A DNA stretch of 51,563 nt from an uncultured Methanosarcinales archaeon (lineage in GTDB: Archaea > Nanobdellota > Nanobdellia > Woesearchaeales > JAGVZT01), in assembly GCA_964419615.1 (NCBI GenBank), contig CAYQPU010000007.1, forward strand, positions 1-51,563. The letters run 5' to 3'. The notes under the pieces are model-generated. The model ran no database searches, had not been told where the DNA came from, and saw only the letters and a list, made by a program, of their open reading frames with translations. Within the stretch, counting starts at the first letter, position 1. The number at the start of each line of letters is the position of its first letter. Shown here in pieces: positions 9,598 to 17,301 of this stretch. Made by a program: the position numbers and the translations under genes.

Positions 9598-12500
9598 TTA
9601 GATTTTGGTTAAGAACACTTTAACCTGCTTTCCTCTGATTTTATGGTCTGCACTGTGCTCAAATTGTTTTGATGGATCTAGCTCTGAGATTTGTTGCTCA
9701 GAAGCACCAACTCTTTCTTTAATATCAGTTTTGTATTTGTCAAGAGTTTGTTTTAGTTCCTTATCAACTTGTACATAAAGCTCTATTTTATCGGATTGGT
9801 TTAGACCAGCTTTTTTCCTGAGCATTTGCACTCTTCTTACTACCTCTCTTGCATATCCTTCTGCTAGTAGTTCATTATTCATCTCGCTGTTTACAAAAAT
9901 GTCTCCAAAGTTTGTTTGGGTGCATACATATCCATCTGGAGCTTCTTTTTCAATAATTAGATGGTCTTTTTTTATTGATAGGTCTGCTCCGTCTATATTA
10001 AATTTGTATTCTCCTTCTTTTTGAATGTGCGCGAGTACTGTTTGTGGGCTTGTTAAGGAGATATGTGCAATTATTTTTGCAGCCATTCCACCATAATCTT
10101 TTCTTAGTTTATTGTAGTCTGTTTTTACTTTAAGTTTTGTTTCAAATTCTTTTTTCAGAGTTAACTTTTTTACATTAGTTTGAAGTTTGATTATATCCTC
10201 TAGTTCTTTTACTGCTTTGGTTACTTCCTTTTTCTCTGTAACTATTATTGCTTCAGACAAAGGCCATCTTCTTCCAAGATTTAGTTTTTCTCTTGCATAA
10301 AGTGTTTTTTGGATTACTATGTCTGTGATTTCAAATTGTTCTTCAAGTTTTGTATTGATGAGTTTTTTGTTTGCTTTTGGCCAATCACATAAGTGAATGC
10401 TCTTTCGCTCTAGCTTAAATTCATCTCTAAGATTCATGTATATTGCATCTGTAATGTAAGGGGCTACAGGGGCAAATATTTTTAATGCTCCCATTAAGAC
10501 TTCATAGATAGTATGCAGAACCATTTGTTTTTGTTTTTTGTCTCCAACACTTAATTTGTCTCTAACTAAGGTTACATATGTTCTTGACAAACTCAAGAAT
10601 AAATCTTCTGCAACTAATGGTGTTTCATTTAACAAATACTTATCATAGACTTCTGTTGCTTTTTGTATTGAAGAGTTTAGTTTAGATAAAATAAATTCTT
10701 CTTCAAGGTCAAATTTCTTTATTTTCAACAAAGATGGATTAACATTATTTAGCTTGCAGTATGAGATTAAGAATTTATGAAGATTCCATAATACACCTAG
10801 GTTTCTAAATTTGACTTTCATGTCATCAAAGTTATAATTAAGATCTACACCTGGATTTGCACCACTTACCATGTAGTATCTTAAAGTATCTGCACCATAT
10901 TTTTCCAAGACTTCTTCAGGTAAGATGTAATTTCCAAGTGATTTGGACATTTTTCTTCCTTGTGCATCATTGATAAATCCATGCATGTAGACTGCCTTAA
11001 AGCTTGGTTCATTCATGCTTACCATGCTTGCTACAAACAACATGTTAAACCATCCTCTAATTTGATCTATTCCTTCTAAGATAAAGTCAGCTGGGAACAT
11101 TTTTTTGAATAGATCTTCTCTATGTGGATAATCAAGGCATAGCCAGGATGCAGAGCCTGCATCTATCCATACATCTAAGATGTCTGGGATTCTGTTCATT
11201 TCTCCTCCACATTTGCATTTGAATTTGACTTCATCTATCCAAGGTTTGTGAAGGTCTTTTGGAAGACTGCCAGCTAATTCCTTTAGTTCTTTTTTAGATC
11301 CAACAACAACGTACTCTTGACAATCATTACATCTCCATACTGGAAGTGGTGTCCCCCAGTATCTTTGTCGGGTTATTCCATTGTCTCTTAGGTTTGCTAT
11401 CCATGAATCAAAGTTTTTAGTTCCAGCATGTTCAGGTACCCAATAAATTTTCTTGTTGAGTTTTCTCATTTTTTCTTTGAGATCTTCAATCTTAAAGAAC
11501 CATTGTTTTGTGGTTCGGTATATAACTGGATTTTTACATCTCCAACAGTGAGCATAGTCGTGATCAACTTGTGTTGTAGCAATTAGTTTTCCAGATTCTT
11601 GTAGCGCCTCTACAAACTTGTTATCATCTTTTTTTGCGGTTAAACCTGCGAATTTTCCCATTGTATCTGGGAACACACCTGTTTGATCAAGATTATTAAA
11701 AGGAGGTATTCCTTCTCTGTGTCCAACTTCATAATCTTCTGGACCACAACCTGGAGCTGTGTGTACAAGCCCAGTCCCTGCAGATAAATCAACATATTCT
11801 GACGAGAGTACAACTGAAAATGCTTTTTTTGATTTTGAACTTATTTCATCATATACAGGTTTTAGTACTTCATAAAATGGATGAGTATATTTTAAACCGT
11901 TTAATTTCTCACCTAGAAATTCTTCCTCAATTTCAAATTGTTTGTCCGCAACACTACTAATGAATGTGTTTGCCAAGCCCTTGGCTACGATCCAGATTTC
12001 ATTATCGACTTTTGCTCTAACATATTCTAATTCGGGATGTACCATTACAGCTAGATTAAATGGAATTGTCCATGGAGTTGTTGTCCAAATTACTAAAAAT
12101 TCGTTTTCTTTTCCAACAATTGGGAATTTTACAAAAATCGAAGTGTCAGCAATATTTTGGTATTCAAGTTCGTGTTTTGCAAGTGCTGTTCCACAGTCTT
12201 TACACCAGGTCATTGCTAGTTTTCCTTCATAAAGACGTTTATTTTCATGAGCTTTTTTTACCAGCCACCAGACTCCTTCTACAAATTCTTGAGTGATTGA
12301 TTGATAAGCATTTTCAAAGTCCATCCAGACTCCCAAACGTTGGAAGTCTTTGTTCATGATAAGCATGTTATCTACAGATAGCTTTTTGCATGCTTCAACA
12401 AATTTTTCAACACCATATTTTTCAATATCTTCTTTATGCTTTAATCCTAATTTTTTCATCACAGCATGAGCTGTTGGCAATCCGTGCATATCATAGCCAG

Positions 12501-12726
12501 CTCTATCCCAGACATTAAAACCTTGCATTCTTTTGTATCTTAAAGGAATGTCTTTTAGTGATTTGTTCCAAGCTGTTCCCAAGTGAACTTTTCCAGAAGT
12601 GTAGGGAGGTCCATCTAGCCAATAATAGATTTTTCCATTTTTGGTTTTATCTTTAGCTATTTGGTATATTTTACTTTTTTCCCAATAATCATAAACTTCT
12701 TGTTCGGTTTTTTTGAAATCATACAT
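9598..12726 (-). CDS. ileS: Isoleucyl-tRNA synthetase (archaeal/eukaryotic type)
   Basis: DGPPYTSG..HLG (HIGH), WTTTPWT, GTGLVHTAPG, RQRYWG, KMSKS. Start refined to MYDFKK. Confidence 0.97.
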   Translation of the reverse strand: MYDFKKTEQEVYDYWEKSKIYQIAKDKTKNGKIYYWLDGPPYTSGKVHLGTAWNKSLKDIPLRYKRMQGFNVWDRAGYDMHGLPTAHAVMKKLGLKHKEDIEKYGVEKFVEACKKLSVDNMLIMNKDFQRLGVWMDFENAYQSITQEFVEGVWWLVKKAHENKRLYEGKLAMTWCKDCGTALAKHELEYQNIADTSIFVKFPIVGKENEFLVIWTTTPWTIPFNLAVMVHPELEYVRAKVDNEIWIVAKGLANTFISSVADKQFEIEEEFLGEKLNGLKYTHPFYEVLKPVYDEISSKSKKAFSVVLSSEYVDLSAGTGLVHTAPGCGPEDYEVGHREGIPPFNNLDQTGVFPDTMGKFAGLTAKKDDNKFVEALQESGKLIATTQVDHDYAHCWRCKNPVIYRTTKQWFFKIEDLKEKMRKLNKKIYWVPEHAGTKNFDSWIANLRDNGITRQRYWGTPLPVWRCNDCQEYVVVGSKKELKELAGSLPKDLHKPWIDEVKFKCKCGGEMNRIPDILDVWIDAGSASWLCLDYPHREDLFKKMFPADFILEGIDQIRGWFNMLFVASMVSMNEPSFKAVYMHGFINDAQGRKMSKSLGNYILPEEVLEKYGADTLRYYMVSGANPGVDLNYNFDDMKVKFRNLGVLWNLHKFLISYCKLNNVNPSLLKIKKFDLEEEFILSKLNSSIQKATEVYDKYLLNETPLVAEDLFLSLSRTYVTLVRDKLSVGDKKQKQMVLHTIYEVLMGALKIFAPVAPYITDAIYMNLRDEFKLERKSIHLCDWPKANKKLINTKLEEQFEITDIVIQKTLYAREKLNLGRRWPLSEAIIVTEKKEVTKAVKELEDIIKLQTNVKKLTLKKEFETKLKVKTDYNKLRKDYGGMAAKIIAHISLTSPQTVLAHIQKEGEYKFNIDGADLSIKKDHLIIEKEAPDGYVCTQTNFGDIFVNSEMNNELLAEGYAREVVRRVQMLRKKAGLNQSDKIELYVQVDKELKQTLDKYKTDIKERVGASEQQISELDPSKQFEHSADHKIRGKQVKVFLTKI

Positions 12727-13050
12727 TTTAATTACCTCAGTTTTATACATGATATATAAAGATTTTGACATTGTTTGAGCACAGCTCAAACTAGATAATA
12801 ATAGAAATAATTGATTTTCTGCAATATTTCATATATAGATAGAAGGGAGATTAGTATAAAAAGCTTTCTGAAACTACAGATTAAAACAAAAAACTTACAA
12901 ATATTTAATAATATGGGATGATATTTTGCTGGTGTAAGATTTATGGTTGGTATGACCTATATGATAGCAGGAGATTACAATGCTCTATCTTCAGTTAATG
13001 CCATAAAAAGAAGGGAATCAATTAAGACTTAAATAAATTACTGGCAAAAT

Positions 13051-13060
13051 AGTAAAAAAG
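13051..13060 (-). terminator. Oligo-T terminator directly after tRNA-Leu
   Basis: Minus strand reads CTTTTTTACT immediately after discriminator A73; no CCA is encoded. Confidence 0.55.
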
Positions 13061-13074
13061 TGCGGGGGAGGGGA

Positions 13075-13220
13075 CTTTCATAATCTTTTACTAGTTTTAA
13101 CCAAAGGCAGCACTCTTATGTGCTTGAGTCGTGGCCATCATGTTTTCATGAACGCCACATTATGGGACTTTATGTCCCATTACTTTTGGTCAAGCTTTTG
13201 CGCAAAGCGGAAAAGACTGA
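13075..13220 (-). other. tRNA intron 3 (position 59/60, 146 nt, multi-branched structure)
   Basis: BHB: central helix UUCA/UGAA, bulges AA|U and AG|U, flanked by the T-stem and the intron helix AGUCUUUU/AAAAGAUU. Confidence 0.9.
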
Positions 13221-13252
13221 TTTGAACCCCCGGACCCACTAAGGGACAGGAT

Positions 13253-13277
13253 ATCTCAGGTACAATTGAGTGTCCAT
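13253..13277 (-). other. tRNA intron 2 (canonical 37/38, 25 nt)
   Basis: Central helix CUUA/UGAG, bulges AG|A and AU|A; the intron-side helix is weak (relaxed BHB). Confidence 0.9.
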
Positions 13278-13309
13278 CTTAAGTCCTGCGCGTTTGACCA
13301 GACTTCGCT

Positions 13310-13341
13310 TTAAGGATATGTGGAACAAATGCCCACACTCT
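13310..13341 (-). other. tRNA intron 1 (position 8/9, 32 nt)
   Basis: Central helix GGGG/CCUU, bulges GU|A and AA|A, intron helix GUGUGG/CCACAU. The AG redundancy also allows 9/10 or 10/11, but only 8/9 satisfies BHB geometry. Confidence 0.8.
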
Positions 13342-13942
13342 ACCCCCGCGTGTCTGGTATTTTTGATATGGGTTTAATCAAGTTTAAAAAATTTTCCTTT
13401 TGTTTATTTGTAACTCTGAGTACATAATGGGGTTTTCTATTTTCCTTTAGTATAGGTCCTCTCATAGTGTGTTTAAATCCCAAATCACCAAGTAATGCAG
13501 AAATATCATAAATTCCTTTTTTATTCGATGAGAAGAATCTGATGCCATTTACAGCTGAACCGTCTCCGTCAAAAAAACCTCTGATAAAAGCAGTTTTGCA
13601 TTTTAAATCTCCAGTTTTTACTGCTTCTGGAACTTTCCAAGTAAAACTCCCCAAATTTGTGTAACTAATTATGTCTCTAATTATTACCATTTTACAAATA
13701 TTTATTTTATTATATTTTGTGATTTTGGGATAATAACCATATTGTTGATTTAGTAAATTTTGATAATGCACAAGTAACTTGATATCCTTGTTATATAACT
13801 CAATTCTTTCAGATTTATCATTCTTATAAAATCTCTTTTTTCCTCTATCTTTACCCCAATAACTTGAAAAAGATACAATGTGTGAGCCTTCTGCACATAA
13901 TAATCCCAAAATTTCTGACAGTTCTGGAGTTATTTTATTCAT
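13340..13942 (-). mobile_element. Free-standing two-motif LAGLIDADG homing endonuclease gene overlapping the tRNA-Leu 5' end
   Basis: Motif 1 LSEILGLLCAEGS and motif 2 TAFIRGFFDGDGS, both with the acidic catalytic residue. SD GAGGTGA at 13956-13950. No intein Hint residues. Last codons ACG CGG GGG TAG contain tRNA nt 1-8. Confidence 0.88.
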
Positions 13943-13945
13943 AAA

Positions 13946-13976
13946 CAAATCACCTCACAAAATTAGGGAGGATTTG
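13946..13976 (-). promoter_or_regulatory. Hairpin covering the endonuclease Shine-Dalgarno sequence
   Basis: CAAAUC-CUC ... GAG-GU-GAUUUG pairs across the GAGGUGA SD, 4 nt before the ATG. Confidence 0.5.
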
Positions 13977-14075
13977 GTTTATAAGAGTCACGCGGGAATG
14001 TCCAGTGACATTTTAATAAATCGCAACATATATAAATACTAAATATCGTGAAATTATTAAAAAGAGGTATGATGT

Positions 14076-16481
14076 ATGGATAAATCTAGTGAGATGATTC
14101 TTTGGTTTGATCAGGTTGGTATTGAGGATACTCCTTATGTTGGGGGGAAAAACTCATCATTAGGAGAGATGTATCAAAATTTAACTGCAAAAGGAGTTAA
14201 TGTTCCAAATGGTTTTTGTATTACAGCTCATGCATATAGGTTTCTTTTGGAGCATAATAAGATTGTTGACAAGATTAAGGAGATACTAAGTGATCTTAAT
14301 GTACATGATATTAGGAATCTTCAAGAAAGAGGAGAAAAAGTTAGACAGACTATAAGAGAAACAGAGTTTCCTGAAGAGTTAAAAACTTGCATTCTGAAAG
14401 GTTATAAGGATTTATGTAAAGATTATGACCATAATAGTGATGTTGCTGTTAGAAGTTCTGCTACTGCTGAAGATTTGCCTGACGCAAGTTTTGCTGGTCA
14501 ACAAGAGACTTATCTAAATATTCGAGGAGAACATGCATTAATGGATGCTATTAAGAAGTGTTTTGCATCTTTGTTTACAAATAGAGCTATTAGTTATCGA
14601 GAGGATAAAGGGTTTGATCATTTTTCTATTGCTCTAAGTGTTACTGTTCAAAAAATGATTAGGTCAGATCTTGCATGCTCAGGAGTTATGTTTTCTATTG
14701 ATACTGAATCTGGTTTTCAAAATGCAGCTTTTATTACTGGTGCTTGGGGATTGGGTGAGAATGTTGTGCAAGGAAAGGTTAATCCAGATGAGTTTTATGT
14801 TTTTAAACCAACTTTGAAAAAAGGTTTTAAGCCAATCTTAATGAAAAAACTTGGTGATAAAAGAATTAAGATGATTTACGATATGCAGGGCAATAAACCT
14901 GTTAAGGATGTGGCTGTAAGTATTAATGAACAGCAGAAATTTACATTAAATGATGAAGAGATTCTAAAGCTCGCGGAGTGGGCTTGTATTATTGAGGATC
15001 ACTACTCTCATAAAGCTGGCCATTATAAACCAATGGACATGGAGTGGGCCAAGGATGGTATGTCTGAAAAATTGTATATTGTTCAGGCAAGGCCCGAGAC
15101 TGTTCACGCTAATAAGGATAAAAACAAACTAAAAAAGTGGGTTATGAAGGAACAAGGAGATGTTGTTGCTGAAGGTCAAAGTGTAGGTGAAATGATTGGC
15201 CAAGGAAAGGCACGTATTATTAAGAGTGTTGAAGGTATACATGAGTTCCAAAAAGGAGAGGTTTTAGTTACTGAGATGACTGATCCAGATTGGGAGCCAA
15301 TTATGAAGATTGCTTCTGCTATTGTTGCCAACAGAGGTGGAAGAACTTGTCATGCAGCCATAATCAGCCGTGAATTAGGTATACCTTGTGTTGTTGGTAC
15401 TAATGATGGAACTACTAAAGTGCAGCAGGGTGAAGACATAACTGTGGATTGTTCACAGGGTGAGAGAGGGTATGTGTATAAGGGTCAATTAAAATTTGAC
15501 ATTAATGAATTTGATTTACATGATATTCCCAAGACTAAAACAAAGATCATGATGAATATTGGTATGCCATCAAAAGCTTTTGAACTTAGCTTTATTCCCA
15601 ACAGTGGTGTTGGTTTAGTAAGAGAAGAGTTTATTATTAATTCATCTATTGGTGTGCATCCAATGGCTTTGATTGATTATGACAAGATCAGTGATGAGAA
15701 CATAAAAGTCAAGATCAATGAAAAAGCAAAGGGATATGATAACAAGGTTGATTTTTATGTTGATAAATTAAGTCAAGGCATTGCTATGATTGCTGCTGCT
15801 TTTTGGCCAAAGGATGTTATTGTTAGGTTAAGTGATTTTAAGAGTAATGAGTATGCTAATCTTGTTGGTGGAAAATTGTATGAACCTAAAGAGGATAATC
15901 CAATGATTGGTTGGAGAGGTGCATCAAGATATTACTCAACTTTTGCGCCCGCTTTTGCTTTAGAATGCAAGGCTCTTCACAAGGTAAGATCTGAAATGGG
16001 ACTTAAGAATGTTAAGGTGATGGTTCCATTTTGCAGGACTGTTGATGAAGGTAAAAAAGTTTTGCATGAGATGAGTCAGAATGGTTTGAAGAAAGGAGAG
16101 GATGGCTTAGAAGTTTATGTTATGTGTGAGATTCCTTCAAATGTTATTTTAGCTGATCAATTTTGTGAAATTTTTGATGGTTTTAGTATTGGTAGTAATG
16201 ATTTGACTCAATTAACACTTGGTCTGGATAGAGATTCAGAACTGGTTAGTCATGTTTATGATGAGAGGAACGAAGCGGTTAAGAGGCTGATAAAACAAAT
16301 TATTACTGTTGCAAAGGAAAAGAAAAAGAAGATTGGAATTTGTGGGCAAGCTCCGTCTGATTTCCCTGATTTTGCTCAGTTCTTGGTTGAGTGTGGTATT
16401 GATTCCATTAGTTTAAATCCAGATAGTGTAATTAAAACCACTTTGTCTATTGCTAATAAGGAAAAGGAGTTATGGATGTAG
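14076..16481 (+). CDS. ppsA: Phosphoenolpyruvate synthase (pyruvate, water dikinase)
   Basis: VGGKNSSLGEM, AVRSSATAED, QARPET, GGRTCHAAI phospho-His, GFSIGSNDLTQ, GICGQAPS. Confidence 0.97.
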   Translation: MDKSSEMILWFDQVGIEDTPYVGGKNSSLGEMYQNLTAKGVNVPNGFCITAHAYRFLLEHNKIVDKIKEILSDLNVHDIRNLQERGEKVRQTIRETEFPEELKTCILKGYKDLCKDYDHNSDVAVRSSATAEDLPDASFAGQQETYLNIRGEHALMDAIKKCFASLFTNRAISYREDKGFDHFSIALSVTVQKMIRSDLACSGVMFSIDTESGFQNAAFITGAWGLGENVVQGKVNPDEFYVFKPTLKKGFKPILMKKLGDKRIKMIYDMQGNKPVKDVAVSINEQQKFTLNDEEILKLAEWACIIEDHYSHKAGHYKPMDMEWAKDGMSEKLYIVQARPETVHANKDKNKLKKWVMKEQGDVVAEGQSVGEMIGQGKARIIKSVEGIHEFQKGEVLVTEMTDPDWEPIMKIASAIVANRGGRTCHAAIISRELGIPCVVGTNDGTTKVQQGEDITVDCSQGERGYVYKGQLKFDINEFDLHDIPKTKTKIMMNIGMPSKAFELSFIPNSGVGLVREEFIINSSIGVHPMALIDYDKISDENIKVKINEKAKGYDNKVDFYVDKLSQGIAMIAAAFWPKDVIVRLSDFKSNEYANLVGGKLYEPKEDNPMIGWRGASRYYSTFAPAFALECKALHKVRSEMGLKNVKVMVPFCRTVDEGKKVLHEMSQNGLKKGEDGLEVYVMCEIPSNVILADQFCEIFDGFSIGSNDLTQLTLGLDRDSELVSHVYDERNEAVKRLIKQIITVAKEKKKKIGICGQAPSDFPDFAQFLVECGIDSISLNPDSVIKTTLSIANKEKELWM

Positions 16482-17264
16482 ATGTTAAATCGGCAAATTC
16501 AAAAAATATTACACAATAATCGGACAATTATTCTTGCGTATGATCAGGGTATGGAACATGGTCCTGCTGATTTTAATCTAAAGAATATTGATCCTGATTA
16601 TTTTTTAAATATTGCTGAAAAAGGTAAGTTTAGTGCTGTTGTGTTGCACCATGGGATTGCAGAGAAATATTATTCTAATATTAACAAAGTTCCACTTTTA
16701 ATTAAGTTGAATGGAAAAACTAATATTCCTAAGATTGAGCCTATTTCAACTCAAATTTGTTCTATTAAAAGAGCTGTGAGTTTAGGTGCAGATGTTGTTG
16801 GTTACACTATTTATGATGGTAGTGCACATGAAAGAGTTATGTTTAAAGAATTTGGCAAGATTGTTGAGGAAGCTCATGATTACGGGATTCCAGTTATTGC
16901 CTGGGCATATCCACGAGGACAATTTGTTAAAGATGCACATAGTAATGAGATGACTGCCTATGCTGCAAGAGTTAGTTTGGAAACTGGTGCTGATTTTGTT
17001 AAGTTGTTTTACAATGGGGATGTTGAAGGGTTTAAATGGGTTGTTAAATGTGCAGGTAAGACCAGGGTATTGGTTGCAGGGGGGAGTAAATTAAATGAAA
17101 GAGATTTTTTGCAGAGAAGTAAAGATGTTATTGATGCTGGTGCAACTGGTCTAGCAGTTGGAAGAAATGTTTGGCAGCATGATGAACCTTTAAAGGTTGC
17201 AAAAGCTATTAGACAGATTGTTTTGAATAACAAGAGTGTTGAAGACGCTCTAAATGTTTTTTAG
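16482..17264 (+). CDS. Archaeal class I fructose-1,6-bisphosphate aldolase (DhnA family)
   Basis: AYDQGMEHGP, AWAYPRG, Schiff-base Lys in ADFVKL, AGG, GRNVWQ; abuts ppsA. Confidence 0.93.
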   Translation: MLNRQIQKILHNNRTIILAYDQGMEHGPADFNLKNIDPDYFLNIAEKGKFSAVVLHHGIAEKYYSNINKVPLLIKLNGKTNIPKIEPISTQICSIKRAVSLGADVVGYTIYDGSAHERVMFKEFGKIVEEAHDYGIPVIAWAYPRGQFVKDAHSNEMTAYAARVSLETGADFVKLFYNGDVEGFKWVVKCAGKTRVLVAGGSKLNERDFLQRSKDVIDAGATGLAVGRNVWQHDEPLKVAKAIRQIVLNNKSVEDALNVF

Positions 17265-17301
17265 TGTTTTTTATTAAGTTTTACTAATTATATTTAGATA
17301 A

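Larger units (their letters stand above)
13061..13349 (-). tRNA. tRNA-Leu(UAA) with three introns (8/9, 37/38, 59/60)
   Basis: Exons 13349-13342, 13309-13278, 13252-13221 and 13074-13061 join to GCGGGGG UA GCGA AGUCUGGUCAA ACGC G CAGGA CUUAAGA UCCUG UCCCUUAGUGGGUCC GGGGG UUCAAAU CCCCU CCCCCGC A. This has a perfect acceptor stem, a class II variable arm and anticodon UAA at 13281-13279. Confidence 0.93.

Noticed and set aside
12913-13032. Possible small ORF remnant (MG*YFAGVRFMVGMTYMIAGDYN...) between ileS and the tRNA
   Set aside because: Interrupted by an in-frame TGA, under 40 codons, and with no recognisable homology; cannot be supported as a gene or pseudogene.
13162-13180. ATGGGAC half-site shared between the intron-3 hairpin and the repeats at 49051/49081
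   Set aside because: Only 7 bp; in the intron it is explained as an RNA stem, so chance cannot be excluded.
13340-14010. Idea that the LAGLIDADG ORF lies inside a fourth tRNA intron, or that the tRNA is permuted
   Set aside because: No upstream GCGGGGG exon exists, the leader/tRNA pairing is a continuous helix rather than a BHB, and both acceptor strands are present in normal order.
14067-14078. GTATGATGTATG at the ppsA start, resembling the reverse complement of the CATAC repeats at 4111-4125
   Set aside because: Explained by the SD (GAGGT) plus ATG codons, and the spacing differs (7 versus 10 bp).
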